Below are positions 47,902-58,257 of a stretch of DNA of 64,000 bases, one piece after another. The stretch covers positions 22,002-86,001 of the forward strand of contig JBDRNT010000036.1 of assembly GCA_043810925.1 (NCBI GenBank), given 5' to 3'. The position numbers and the translations under genes are program-made. Every line of letters starts with the position of its first letter. Position 1 is the first letter of the stretch. Below the pieces are notes generated by a model. That model did no database searches. It was not told the origin of the DNA and worked only from the letters and a program-made list of their open reading frames with translations. This DNA is from Candidatus Eiseniibacteriota bacterium (GTDB taxonomy: Bacteria; Arandabacterota; Arandabacteria; Arandabacterales; Arandabacteraceae).

Positions 47902-50823
47902 CTACCTGGCCAGGACGATCTTCCTGGTAGTGGTTTCGGCCCCACGCTTAAGACAAACAAAGTAGATGCCGGCGTTGACCGGGGTGCCGGACTCGTTGCA
48001 TCCATCCCAGGTGATCGAGCTCTCTCCGGCCGTTACAGGCCCGTTGATGAGTGTCTTCACACATCGGCCCCGGACATCGAAGACCGCGAGGGTTGCTCTT
48101 CCGGAGCGCCCCATGCGGTAACGGATAGACGTCTCAGCCCCAAAGGGATTAGGTTCGTTCCAAACACGGACGGGTTGATAAGCCACGTGCTCACCCGCGT
48201 CAATGACGCCGGCCACTCCCCCACCCCCGGCAAGGCACAGGATCTCGCCGGACCGGGTACCGACCAAGATCTCAGATGATGAGTCTCCGTCTATACTCTC
48301 AATAAAGGAGACTGTCTCGACCGGCCCCGCCGTCGATCGCATCCAGAGCGTGTCGCCGGACGTACCCTCCATCACCACGACACGGTTCACGTTATACCCC
48401 GAGCCGCCGATCACATCTTCGAGCCCGTCGCCCGAAAGATCGGGGACACGGGAGGTCGCAAAGGCCATCTGGCCGGAAGATCTCGACCAGAGGTAACCGC
48501 CACCGGCACCGTCTAAGAGCAGGTAATTCGTCATTACGCCTGCAACGGTGATATCACCGATGCCGTCCCCGTTCTGATCCCCTATCACGTGGACTTCCGT
48601 GATGATGTTTCCTACCGAAGTCGGGGCGGACCAGGCGAGACTCGCGCTATCGGAGCGTATGGCGTGCACGTACCCGTCATGCGTCCCGGCTATTATGTCT
48701 CTCCTGCCATCCCCTGTTATATCCTCGATCGCGGCCACCGTCCATACGGTTGACCCTGCATCGTAGGAGTCGATTGGAGCACCTGTCGCACCATTTAGTA
48801 TGTGGACCAGGCCCGCTGTGGTACCTGCAGCAACTTCATTCTTGCCGTCACCCGTCACATCGTCAATCGCCCTCACGCAGAAGACCGACGCAGATAGAAG
48901 CCTGTCCCAGATCTTGGCACCCGTAGCACCGCTCAGGCAATACGCACGCCTGGGACCCGTGTCGGATCCGTCATCTTCGGCAGCGGCCAGCACATCTCCC
49001 ACGCCATCTCCATCGATATCATCCTGTCCGGTAACCTCGTCGATCCAGCCACCACCTCCGTACTCATGGGAATCATAACTCCAGATCACGTCCCCGTCTG
49101 TTCCCGCAAGAGCGAACACCGAACGTGAACCGCCGGCTGTTCCTATGACGACATCATACCTGCCGTCGCTATTAAGATCGGGTACAGGCGTCATGGCGAA
49201 GTCCTGCCAGACTGATCCCGTCCGCATGAGATCGACAGACGTATCGAAGCTCCAGAGGATGTCTGCCTCACCTGATCCGTTTCCATTGATGCAGTAAGTG
49301 TGATAGTCCTCTGCGGTTGCGATACAGTCGTCAAAGCCGTCGCCGTTGATGTCAGGGATAGACCGGATACTTGTTACTTCGGAGGAATAGCCACCGACAA
49401 CCTGGTGGCTCCAGAGGATCGTACCTTCGGGGTACGACGAACCATCCCCAAGGCCCGAGATGGCTACGGTCACGACAGGTTCATCTGTATCATTGGTTAT
49501 GATTGTGAGGGTATCAGAGTAGGTAACCGCATCGGTCGGGTGGAACCAGACGGGCAGGTCGAATGTCATCGCTGAGTCGATCTCCACCGAAAACTCCACT
49601 TCTCTCACCTCGAAGTTGCCTGACGATGCCGTCACCGAGTAGACCCAGAGCGCCGTGGCACCTTCGTTCTGGATGGTCAGGAGCCAACGCTTGTCCGCAT
49701 TGACGCGGATCAACCCGTAATCATGAGAAGCTGTAACCGGGCCAATCTCTTGCGTGGGCCAGACTCCCCACCCGATCAAGGCAACGGTGGGTGGATCACC
49801 CAGGGGGTCGTTGCTATAAACCGTGAGGGTACCGCCGAAGGACCCCCATGTGTCTGGAGAAAATGTAACATCGAAAACGAAGTCCCCCCCGGGGACAATT
49901 ATCTCAGGGAAGGTGGCTGTATAAGTGAAGTGACCGTCCGTGCATGAGACACTATCGACCACAAGATCCGCCGTCCCGTCATTTGTGATACCGAGGGACC
50001 ATACCCTTCCCACTCCAATGACTGTGTGACCGTAGTCATGCTCGTCGGCCCAGAGCGAGATATCCGGGATCCCACCACCAAAGGGATCGATCTGGTAGAT
50101 ATACTTGGTCGAGGGTGCGTCCGGCCCCCGGGATACCAGCCACAGGAACTTGCCATCCCAGGCAAGTCCACGAGGAGATTCGCCTGAGGCGCTCCCCGTA
50201 TTGGGGACGGCGAAGGAGTGGAGCGTATCTCCCGTGGCGGGATCGAGCTGCCACACTTTTTCCGGGTCACCGTCGTTGTCATCCTGCACGTTCCAGAGGT
50301 ACACCCCATCCCATGCGAGTCCCTGGGGCTGCAACCCCTGGGAAGGAATCGTATCCTTGATCGATCCGTCGGAGACATCAACTTTGAAGAGATTGGGCTG
50401 CGTGTTGGGATAATAACGAGTCACCCACAGATACTCCCCATCCCAGGTCATTCCACCCGAATAGTCACCTCCCGGGTTCACGATTGAATCCACACGGTCC
50501 CCATTGGGTGCAATTCGATAGATCCAGTCGGTGTGGTAATCGCCCGAGACCCAGAGATGGGTGCTGTCCCAGGCCAGCCCGTGGTTTGACTGTGGCGCGC
50601 CAAGGATCGTCGTGATCACATGGCCGTCGGATGTATCAACCCTGGCAATGGATCCATCGGAATCATCCCCACACCAGAGATCCTGCCCGTCCCAGGTGAG
50701 TCCGTAGGAACTGTAGCCCCACGGCGCCTCGAAGCTCTTGATGATCTCCTGACCCAAGAGTCCTGCGGGACCCAAGACCGCCAGTGAAACAAGCAATCCA
50801 CAGATAAGCAGGCTGGCTTTCAT
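47902..50823 (-). CDS. Secreted multi-domain propeller protein (GLAWDG repeats, Ig-like domains, FG-GAP/PQQ-like repeats, FlgD-Ig tail)
   Basis: Signal peptide; GL(A/T)WDG repeats; DxxGDG repeats; PNPF...WDG..NAGIY. Confidence 0.75.
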   Translation of the reverse strand: MKASLLICGLLVSLAVLGPAGLLGQEIIKSFEAPWGYSSYGLTWDGQDLWCGDDSDGSIARVDTSDGHVITTILGAPQSNHGLAWDSTHLWVSGDYHTDWIYRIAPNGDRVDSIVNPGGDYSGGMTWDGEYLWVTRYYPNTQPNLFKVDVSDGSIKDTIPSQGLQPQGLAWDGVYLWNVQDDNDGDPEKVWQLDPATGDTLHSFAVPNTGSASGESPRGLAWDGKFLWLVSRGPDAPSTKYIYQIDPFGGGIPDISLWADEHDYGHTVIGVGRVWSLGITNDGTADLVVDSVSCTDGHFTYTATFPEIIVPGGDFVFDVTFSPDTWGSFGGTLTVYSNDPLGDPPTVALIGWGVWPTQEIGPVTASHDYGLIRVNADKRWLLTIQNEGATALWVYSVTASSGNFEVREVEFSVEIDSAMTFDLPVWFHPTDAVTYSDTLTIITNDTDEPVVTVAISGLGDGSSYPEGTILWSHQVVGGYSSEVTSIRSIPDINGDGFDDCIATAEDYHTYCINGNGSGEADILWSFDTSVDLMRTGSVWQDFAMTPVPDLNSDGRYDVVIGTAGGSRSVFALAGTDGDVIWSYDSHEYGGGGWIDEVTGQDDIDGDGVGDVLAAAEDDGSDTGPRRAYCLSGATGAKIWDRLLSASVFCVRAIDDVTGDGKNEVAAGTTAGLVHILNGATGAPIDSYDAGSTVWTVAAIEDITGDGRRDIIAGTHDGYVHAIRSDSASLAWSAPTSVGNIITEVHVIGDQNGDGIGDITVAGVMTNYLLLDGAGGGYLWSRSSGQMAFATSRVPDLSGDGLEDVIGGSGYNVNRVVVMEGTSGDTLWMRSTAGPVETVSFIESIDGDSSSEILVGTRSGEILCLAGGGGVAGVIDAGEHVAYQPVRVWNEPNPFGAETSIRYRMGRSGRATLAVFDVRGRCVKTLINGPVTAGESSITWDGCNESGTPVNAGIYFVCLKRGAETTTRKIVLAR

Positions 50824-51080
50824 CGCTTCCGACCTCCCGAGTGAACAGCACGAAAATGGAATTCGCTCGCGGGCATTATAGCACACACGGACCCGGCAAG
50901 TCGAGCACTAGGTTGCGGCGAGCACTATGGGCGCTTGACGGTCTGTCCGATTTGTGAGAGAATTCACATGGAACTTGCGAGATTCCGGTGGGCCGAGTCT
51001 GACCTGTTCGAATCCCGCCGAATGGCCAACAGTACCCAGCTACCGGCAGGCGAAGATGCGCCTCGAAGGCGGTACGGCTT

Positions 51081-53615
51081 ATGCAAACCAGGATGGCACA
51101 CATCACGGCAGTCATCCTCCTCATACCGGCCGTCCTACTTGAACCCACAATGTCTGACTCCCTTTCGGCTGACACAACCTACAATTTCTATGTGGGCAAT
51201 CTCCATTCACATACCTCCTATTCAGATGGAGTCGGGACTCCGTCCCAGGCCTTCGAGTATGCCAGGGACAGCGCGCAGGTGCATTTCCTGGCAGTCACCG
51301 ACCATGACGGTGGTCTTACAGACTCCGAATACGTTGACACCCGTCTTCAGGCCGACGTGTATACGGAGAATCATGTTTTCGTGGGTATAGCCGGGCAGGA
51401 ATGGACCGAAGGTCGCTGGACCCACTGCACCATTCTTGACGCCGACCATATCTTCACCGCACCCCGGCACCAGTATGACTCTCTTTATAGCGAGATCGCA
51501 ATCAGCGGTTGCACGGCAGCCTTCAACCACCCGCATCCCGACTGTTTTGACGATTACGCATACTCATCGGTGGGAGATCAGGGCATCAATGCCGTTGAGG
51601 TGAGAAATGATCTCGAACACGCCTTGTACATCGCGATACTCAACAAGGGATGGCACGTGGGGGCCGATGGATCGCAGGACAACCACCAGGCCAACTGGGG
51701 CGAGCGCCCTCATTGGACGGTCGCACTTGCATGCAGTCTTACAAGGGTAGATATCCTCAACGCGGCGAGGAAACACCGGACCTATTCCACATGGGACAGG
51801 AGTCTACAACTTGTATTCCAGGCAGAGAACCACTGGATGGGTGAGTCATTCAGCCACGTCGACAACATAAGATTCTCAATAAGCGTGCGTGATTCTGATG
51901 CGGGAGATCACACGGAACTTGTCGAACTCTACCAGAACGGCGATCGGGTGGACTGGATCAGTGTCGATTCTGAATCATGCACATGGTGTCCCGTGATCAC
52001 TCCTCCTGACGGCGAGAACAGCTACTTCGTCAAACTCACACAACAGGACGGCGATCGTGCCTGGTCGAGCCCGATCTGGATCGACTGCACTACCGACCTC
52101 CCTCCCACTCCCATACTCGCCTTCCCGCTGGATGACGAAACACTGGCGACACTCACTCCCACCTTGCTCTGGCACGCTTCAGAGGACACCGACACGTATA
52201 CCCTCCAGTATTCGACCTCCGACTCTCTGCCCACCGGTTCGTCGACCGTGACCGTGACGGATCTCACCGACACTTCCTACACCATGCCCCACTATCTGGG
52301 AGACCAGGAGACTTACTTTTGGAGGGTGGTTTCAATCAACAACTATGGCAGCAGCATGTGCTCCGGAGTGGGCAGATTCCTGATAGATGTCGGTATGTTC
52401 TCCGGGGATTCCGAAACGTGCTTAACCATCGATCCTGCTGATGACGCGTGTCCCTCGCTTGCCCAGACATACGCTGATACCTGGCTTGTCTGGTCCTCTA
52501 TGAGAGATGGAAATCCTGAACTCTACTACAAGACTTCATCTGATGATGGAGAGAGCTGGAGCAGTGCTCTGCGGCTTACAAATGCCGCCGGGGACGATCT
52601 AAGTCCCGCGATAGCCGAAGGGCCTAATGGAAACACCCGGGTAGCCTGGCATTCAGAGCGGAGTGGCGACTCTGAGATTTACTCAAAGACGTACAATGGT
52701 CTGTGGTGGTCTGAAGAGATCAATCTGACTCAGAATCCAGGTGAGGACCTTGATCCATCGCTCGCCTGGACTTCCGATAGTCTCACGTGGCTGGTGTGGA
52801 GTTCAGACAGAGAGGATACGGACTTCGAGATCTACTATATGATACGCGATGGAGGTTCCTGGTCCACCGAAACTCGACTGACAGACAACTGCTCCCAGGA
52901 CTGTGACCCCGAGATCATGCAGGCCGAAAGCGGAGATCTCTGGCTGGTGTGGTCCACAGACAGCGACGGGAACTTCGAGATCTACTACAAGACTCTTGAC
53001 GGAGACTCATGGTCGGATGATATGAGACTGACAGACTCCCCTGAAGATGAGCGATATCCGACAATCACCCGGACGTCGGATGGTCGTATCTGGGTTGCCT
53101 ACGAGAAGGCTCCAAATGTATGCTACATGATCCGCTCTGACGGCATCTGGTCCGACGAGGCCGTGCTCCATAGCGATCAGTCCGCCAATGAGCGGCCGTC
53201 GGTTGCCCAGGTGTCTGACGGAGGGATGTGGATCGCTTTCCATTCAGACCGGGACGGAGATGAGGATATATACGCGCAGCGGTCAAGCTGTGGAGTCACA
53301 GGCGGAGTCGATCCGTTTGACAGCAATAACGCTTCCGATCCAGCCCCGTCTCTCAGAAGCTACCCGAATCCCTTCAGCCTGAGAACACGCATCGAATTCG
53401 CCTTGAGAAGCGATTGCTTCGCCGAGTTGGTGATCGTAGACGTACTCGGCCAGGAGGTGAGATCGCTTGTGAGAGGGATGAAGCAGCAAGGGCACCACAC
53501 CGTTTACTGGGACGGCAGGGCCGAGAGCGGTCACTATCTTCCGAGCGGAGTCTATTTCTACTCGCTCCGCTACGGCGAGTCCTCCACGAGCCGTAAACTG
53601 GTCATCCTCAGGTGA
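51081..53615 (+). CDS. Secreted PHP-type (CehA/McbA-like) metallohydrolase with BNR-like repeats and FlgD-Ig tail
   Basis: GNLHSHTSYSDG, AVTDH, NHP, QDNH; WxSxRDG.EIYY repeats; YPNPF...SGVY. Confidence 0.78.
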   Translation: MQTRMAHITAVILLIPAVLLEPTMSDSLSADTTYNFYVGNLHSHTSYSDGVGTPSQAFEYARDSAQVHFLAVTDHDGGLTDSEYVDTRLQADVYTENHVFVGIAGQEWTEGRWTHCTILDADHIFTAPRHQYDSLYSEIAISGCTAAFNHPHPDCFDDYAYSSVGDQGINAVEVRNDLEHALYIAILNKGWHVGADGSQDNHQANWGERPHWTVALACSLTRVDILNAARKHRTYSTWDRSLQLVFQAENHWMGESFSHVDNIRFSISVRDSDAGDHTELVELYQNGDRVDWISVDSESCTWCPVITPPDGENSYFVKLTQQDGDRAWSSPIWIDCTTDLPPTPILAFPLDDETLATLTPTLLWHASEDTDTYTLQYSTSDSLPTGSSTVTVTDLTDTSYTMPHYLGDQETYFWRVVSINNYGSSMCSGVGRFLIDVGMFSGDSETCLTIDPADDACPSLAQTYADTWLVWSSMRDGNPELYYKTSSDDGESWSSALRLTNAAGDDLSPAIAEGPNGNTRVAWHSERSGDSEIYSKTYNGLWWSEEINLTQNPGEDLDPSLAWTSDSLTWLVWSSDREDTDFEIYYMIRDGGSWSTETRLTDNCSQDCDPEIMQAESGDLWLVWSTDSDGNFEIYYKTLDGDSWSDDMRLTDSPEDERYPTITRTSDGRIWVAYEKAPNVCYMIRSDGIWSDEAVLHSDQSANERPSVAQVSDGGMWIAFHSDRDGDEDIYAQRSSCGVTGGVDPFDSNNASDPAPSLRSYPNPFSLRTRIEFALRSDCFAELVIVDVLGQEVRSLVRGMKQQGHHTVYWDGRAESGHYLPSGVYFYSLRYGESSTSRKLVILR

Positions 53616-55596
53616 GTGCCCAGGTAAGGGCACGTTCTACTAGTCGGCTGAAAGGTGCCGACCGGGGTAAAATGCTTGTCAGCCCCGTAGCGTGGGGCCG
53701 GGTGGAAGGTGGTAACGCTTTCCATCTAAGCGGCCCGACAAAGCCTCTTTAAGGGGGTGACGCGAACCGGCAGGTTGTAACGCGTGTGAACCTAGAAGTA
53801 GCCTCGTAAAGACCAGATTGAGGAGGGCGACCCGGTATCTGAGCGGGGAAGCCAATACCTTGGGAAGATGGGACAGGCAGACGCCCGAGGCTCCTCCGGG
53901 GTATCAGGGGCGACATGCCGGGAAAGTGAACGTGTCAACTGGGGAGGCCCTTCCGGGCCTCTGCTTTGTATGCAGAGAGTAGACTTCTGGTATAAGGCAG
54001 TAGCCGAAAGCCTGAAGAGTCCGGTAGGGAGTCGGACGGAGTCATAGTACCGTAGATGCCGGAGACAACATAACTCCGGAGTAGGGAAGGGCTCCTGCTG
54101 TGGGTGTTTTCCGAAGAAGGTCGGGAGAGACGCATTGCGAGAGCTAGTAAGCGTCGGGAGAAAGATTCAGGACCTTCAGAGGAGGCTATGGGCCAAAGCC
54201 AAGGCCGAGCCTGAGTTCCGTTTCTATGCACTCTATGACAAGGTGTATCGCCAAGACATCCTTGAGGAGGCCTGGTGCCGAATACGCGAGAATGGCGGGT
54301 CACCCGGTGTGGATGGTGAGAGCATTGAAGCCGTAGAGAAGCGAGGCGTAGAGGGGTTTCTCCGTGAGCTTGGCGAGGAGCTCCGAGGCGGGACTTACAG
54401 GCCGCGAGCGGTGAAGCGGACGTACATCCCTAAGCCGGACGGGCACAAGCGCCCATTGGGGATACCCTGCATACGAGATCGCGTGGTACAGCAAGCCTTA
54501 CTGATAGTGATAGAGCCTATCTTTGAGGCGGATTTCCGGGATGCGAGTTTGGGGGTATCGACCAGGACGCAGTGCTCAACAGGCAGCGGGGGAGGTGGTG
54601 AAGTACCTGAACTGGGGGTTGACCAAGGTCTGTGACGTAGACATCAGGGCCTATTTCGACTCAATCCCGCACGGGAAGTTAATGGGAATGGTAGCCCGGA
54701 GAGTAGTAGACCGAAAGGTCCTTGGGCTAATCAAGGTGTGGTTGGAGTGTGCGGTAGAGGAAGATGGGCGCAGGTGGAAGCCGAGCAGAGGGACACCCCA
54801 GGGAGGAGTGATCTCACCCCTGTTGGCGAACATCTATCTACACACTGTAGATGCGACATGGGAGCGGCGGGGCTATACGAAGCGGTCAGGGCCTAACGTG
54901 CAGATGGTGCGCTATGCAGATGATCTTGTGCTATTGACGGACAAGGACGCATGTTGGGCGATGGATCGGCTTCGCGAGATGCTGGAGGAGTTAGAGTTGG
55001 AGCTAAGTGAGGAGAAGAGCCGGGTGGTGAATGCTGAGAAGGAGATATTCGACTTCTTGGGTTTCACCTTCAGGCGGGTGTGGAATAGGGAGCGAACCAA
55101 GAAGGTGACACTTTACCATCCGTCGAAGAGATCGCAGAAGCGACTTCGGGAACGGATACGTGGAGTGATGCACCCTACGAATCCAGTGACGGTAGCGGAG
55201 CAGATTGATCGCACGAATCGTATACTGCGCGGTTGGGTCAGCTACTTCAGTGTCAGCAATGCCTCATGTGTATTCCACGACGTGAGGTGGTATGTAGAGA
55301 CGAGGTTACGCCGGGTGTTACAGAGGCAACAGCACAGGTATGGACGAGGTTGGAAACGCTACGGCTACGCCTACCTGTATGCCGAGTTAGGTCTCTGGTC
55401 CGATTACCGAGTGCGTTGGCAGTGGACATGACCCTGAATTCCCACAGGAGAGCCGTATGAGGGAAAACCTCACGTACGGTTCGATGGGGGGGGAAGTTGG
55501 AAACCGGGTATGGTAGCCGGGATTGAGGCCTTGCCCGAAAGGGACAAGGGAAAGCCACCCGGAACCTGAAGCCACGGCGCCAGTCTCCTACTCTAT
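53614..55596 (+). mobile_element. Group II intron (IIB-like, EBS1 plus EBS2)
   Basis: Domain V GAGCCGTATGAGGGAAAACCTCACGTACGGTTC at 55450-55482; domain VI ending CTACTCTAT; EBS1 ATCTGAG 53837-53843 pairs with CTCAGGT; EBS2 GACCAG 53811-53816 pairs with CTGGTC. Confidence 0.88.
54135..55431 (+). pseudogene. ltrA: Group II intron reverse transcriptase/maturase with one extra base near 54548-54555
   Basis: RPLGIP..RDRVVQ in one frame; GYRPGRS, GTPQGGVISPLLANIYL, RYADD, FDFLGF and thumb domain in the next; no endonuclease domain. Confidence 0.85.
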
Positions 55597-55718
55597 AAGG
55601 ACAGCCTGGTGTTATTGACAGCCGATCGCCTCAAATGCTATCTTGACCACCGCTTTCTCTAGGCGGAGACTGGAGAAGTCGCGTCGGGCAAGGCGTGCTT
55701 GAGGAGAATCCACCGCAC

Positions 55719-58214
55719 ATGGGCAATACATCAAGCCGGGCCGAAACCAGCGGGGCACATATCTATCTAGGTATGTTCCTCATCGCATTTGCTACACTTG
55801 TGTTTGAGATTGTGCTCACACGGATACTGAGTGTCGTCACCTGGTATCACCTTGCCTTTTTTGCGGTCTCGACGGCGATGCTCGGGATGACGGCCGGGGC
55901 CGTAACCGTGTATCTCCGGCAGGAGTGGTTCAGCCGGGAGCGCCTGGACGATAGCACGGCCAAGGCCTGCTTGGGCTTCTCACTTGCGATCCCCTTCAGC
56001 CTCATCGTACTCTGTCTGACCCCCATGCACATCGAGGGATCTATAATGGGGCTCTATGCCATACTGCTTGTCGCATTCGTCTGTATGCTGCCCTTCTATT
56101 TTTCGGGGATCGCGATAACCGCAGTGCTTACCAGGTATAGATTACCCATAGGGAAGTTGTATGCCGCTGACCTGGCTGGCGCTTCACTCGGTTGCCTGTT
56201 CGTTCTGGGCGCGCTTGGGATTCTTGACGCCCCCGGCGTTGTCATTGCGGGGGGCTTGATAGGTGTTCTGGCGGCTTTGGGGTTCGGCTGGATGGGCTCG
56301 TCCCGAAGGACTCGTGGTTTGTCCGTGTGTATCCTTACAGTCCTCACGTTTCTTGTTGTCCTTGGAGCTGTTACTCCTTACGGAATGCGGCTTGCTGTGG
56401 TCAAAGGCAGAGTGCAGGATTTCAACAACATACTAATAGAGGAATGGAACTCGTTTTCACGGGTTGTTGTCCGGGCGCGCTCAGAAGGCCGCCCCCGAAT
56501 CCTTGGGGGAAGTCCCAGTGCTCCCGAAGACCTGAAGCTACCTATGTATAGGATGAGCATGGATGGAGCTGCCGGCACGATACTGGGGCGATTCGCGTCG
56601 CTGGAAGATATAGACTACCTTCGTTATGATATTGCCAACGTCGCTTATCACCTCCGTCCGGGGGGCAGCGCCTATATAATAGGTGTCGGTGCGGGAAAGG
56701 ACATACAGAGCGCGATACTGTTCGGCCAAGAGAGGATTGTCGGCGTTGAGATCAATCCGATCTTCATAGGACTTCTTAAGGGCCGGTTCAGGGAGTTCGC
56801 GGGCATAGCCGATCGGAATGAGGTCGATCTGGTCGTTGACGAGGCTAGGAGTCACCTTTCGCGGAGTGAAGATAGTTACTCCGTTATACAGATGTCAATG
56901 ACAGATACTTGGGCAGCAACGGGTGCGGGCGCCTTCTCCCTTTCCGAGAACGCCCTTTACACAGTTGAGGCCTGGAAGATCTGTGTCGATCATCTTACGG
57001 ACGACGGCATCTTCACGGTAGCGAGATGGTATAATCCGAGGGACCTTGGTGAGGCCGGCCGGATCGTTAGCCTTGCAGTCGGTACACTTCTCGAGTCGGG
57101 TGTCACCAAGCCGTCGGATCATATTGCCATGGTCACCGGTCGCCGGATCGCGACGCTGCTCATGAGCAAAAGGCCATTCGAGGACACTGATATCGATGCC
57201 CTTGAACGAAGTTGCTCTGATATGGGATTCCAGCTGGTGATACATCCCCGCCGTGATCCCACCAACCTCGTCTTGAAGAGCATAGTCACGGCGGCTTCCA
57301 TGCCTGAACTGGAGAGAGCGATCAGCGAATGGCCGCTTAACTACATGCCTCCTACCGACGACAGCCCGTATTTCTTCAACATGTTGAGGCTCAAACACGT
57401 GTTTGCCTCCATCTGGTTATCAACCGAAGATATGCCTTTCATAGATCCGTCGCGGACCCTGGTGTTGGACGCGGGTGCGTTGAGAGGGAATCTCATTGCG
57501 TCACGCACCCTTTCGAGGCTCATCCTGGTCCTGATCTTGCTGAGTGTTGTGACAATCATTGTCCCGCTTTCCCTGGGCACACAAGGTGGGAGAAGTGTGG
57601 TGGGAGGGAGGCAGGTTCTCTGGTCCGGGGCAGCCTACTTCTGTCTTATTGGTGCGGGATTCATGTTCGTCGAGATTGCGCTGATCCAGAGACTGTCGGT
57701 TTTCCTTGGTCATCCTATATATGCTCTCGCTATCCTATTGTTCACCATAATTGCCAGCGCGGGGGCAGGAAGTATGCTCAGCGAACGCCTGCCGCTCACT
57801 CGCCGGCCCTGGGTCTTTGTCTATCCCGTCATGATAGGACTTGCTGTAACTGCTGTCAGATTCATCCTGCCTGCTATGGCATCACATATGGTATCATCCC
57901 CCATGGCATCCAGAATCCCGGCGACGGTGGCGCTTCTTATTCCGCTGGGAGTCCTTATGGGCTTCGCTTTTCCCACGGGTATGCGGCTGGTGAGAACGGC
58001 GAAGGCAAGCCAGACGCCGTGGTACTGGGCACTCAATGGGGTCTTCAGCGTACTGTCGTCTGCGATCGCCGTGTTCGTTTCGATCTACTTCGGTATCTCA
58101 ACGAGCCTGATGATCGGGATGGTCTGCTATCTTGCACTGCTCCTCTGCATTCCCGGAATGCTCACTGCGTCTCAGCAACAGGGTACGTCCACAAGTGGGG
58201 GCGGTTCTCTATAG
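55719..58214 (+). CDS. Multi-TM membrane protein with spermidine synthase-like SAM-binding domain
   Basis: LYAADLAGASLG, IIGVGAGKD, VEINP, DEARS, ENALYTVEA, TDDSPYF. Confidence 0.75.
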   Translation: MGNTSSRAETSGAHIYLGMFLIAFATLVFEIVLTRILSVVTWYHLAFFAVSTAMLGMTAGAVTVYLRQEWFSRERLDDSTAKACLGFSLAIPFSLIVLCLTPMHIEGSIMGLYAILLVAFVCMLPFYFSGIAITAVLTRYRLPIGKLYAADLAGASLGCLFVLGALGILDAPGVVIAGGLIGVLAALGFGWMGSSRRTRGLSVCILTVLTFLVVLGAVTPYGMRLAVVKGRVQDFNNILIEEWNSFSRVVVRARSEGRPRILGGSPSAPEDLKLPMYRMSMDGAAGTILGRFASLEDIDYLRYDIANVAYHLRPGGSAYIIGVGAGKDIQSAILFGQERIVGVEINPIFIGLLKGRFREFAGIADRNEVDLVVDEARSHLSRSEDSYSVIQMSMTDTWAATGAGAFSLSENALYTVEAWKICVDHLTDDGIFTVARWYNPRDLGEAGRIVSLAVGTLLESGVTKPSDHIAMVTGRRIATLLMSKRPFEDTDIDALERSCSDMGFQLVIHPRRDPTNLVLKSIVTAASMPELERAISEWPLNYMPPTDDSPYFFNMLRLKHVFASIWLSTEDMPFIDPSRTLVLDAGALRGNLIASRTLSRLILVLILLSVVTIIVPLSLGTQGGRSVVGGRQVLWSGAAYFCLIGAGFMFVEIALIQRLSVFLGHPIYALAILLFTIIASAGAGSMLSERLPLTRRPWVFVYPVMIGLAVTAVRFILPAMASHMVSSPMASRIPATVALLIPLGVLMGFAFPTGMRLVRTAKASQTPWYWALNGVFSVLSSAIAVFVSIYFGISTSLMIGMVCYLALLLCIPGMLTASQQQGTSTSGGGSL

Positions 58215-58257
58215 CTTGCTGCAAACAGAGCAACGACATTGTTCTTCTGAGATAGAC

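Noticed and set aside
54135-55431. RT as retron, DGR or defence RT
   Set aside because: Flanked by clear group II intron domains V and VI and EBS/IBS pairings; no template/variable repeat pair seen
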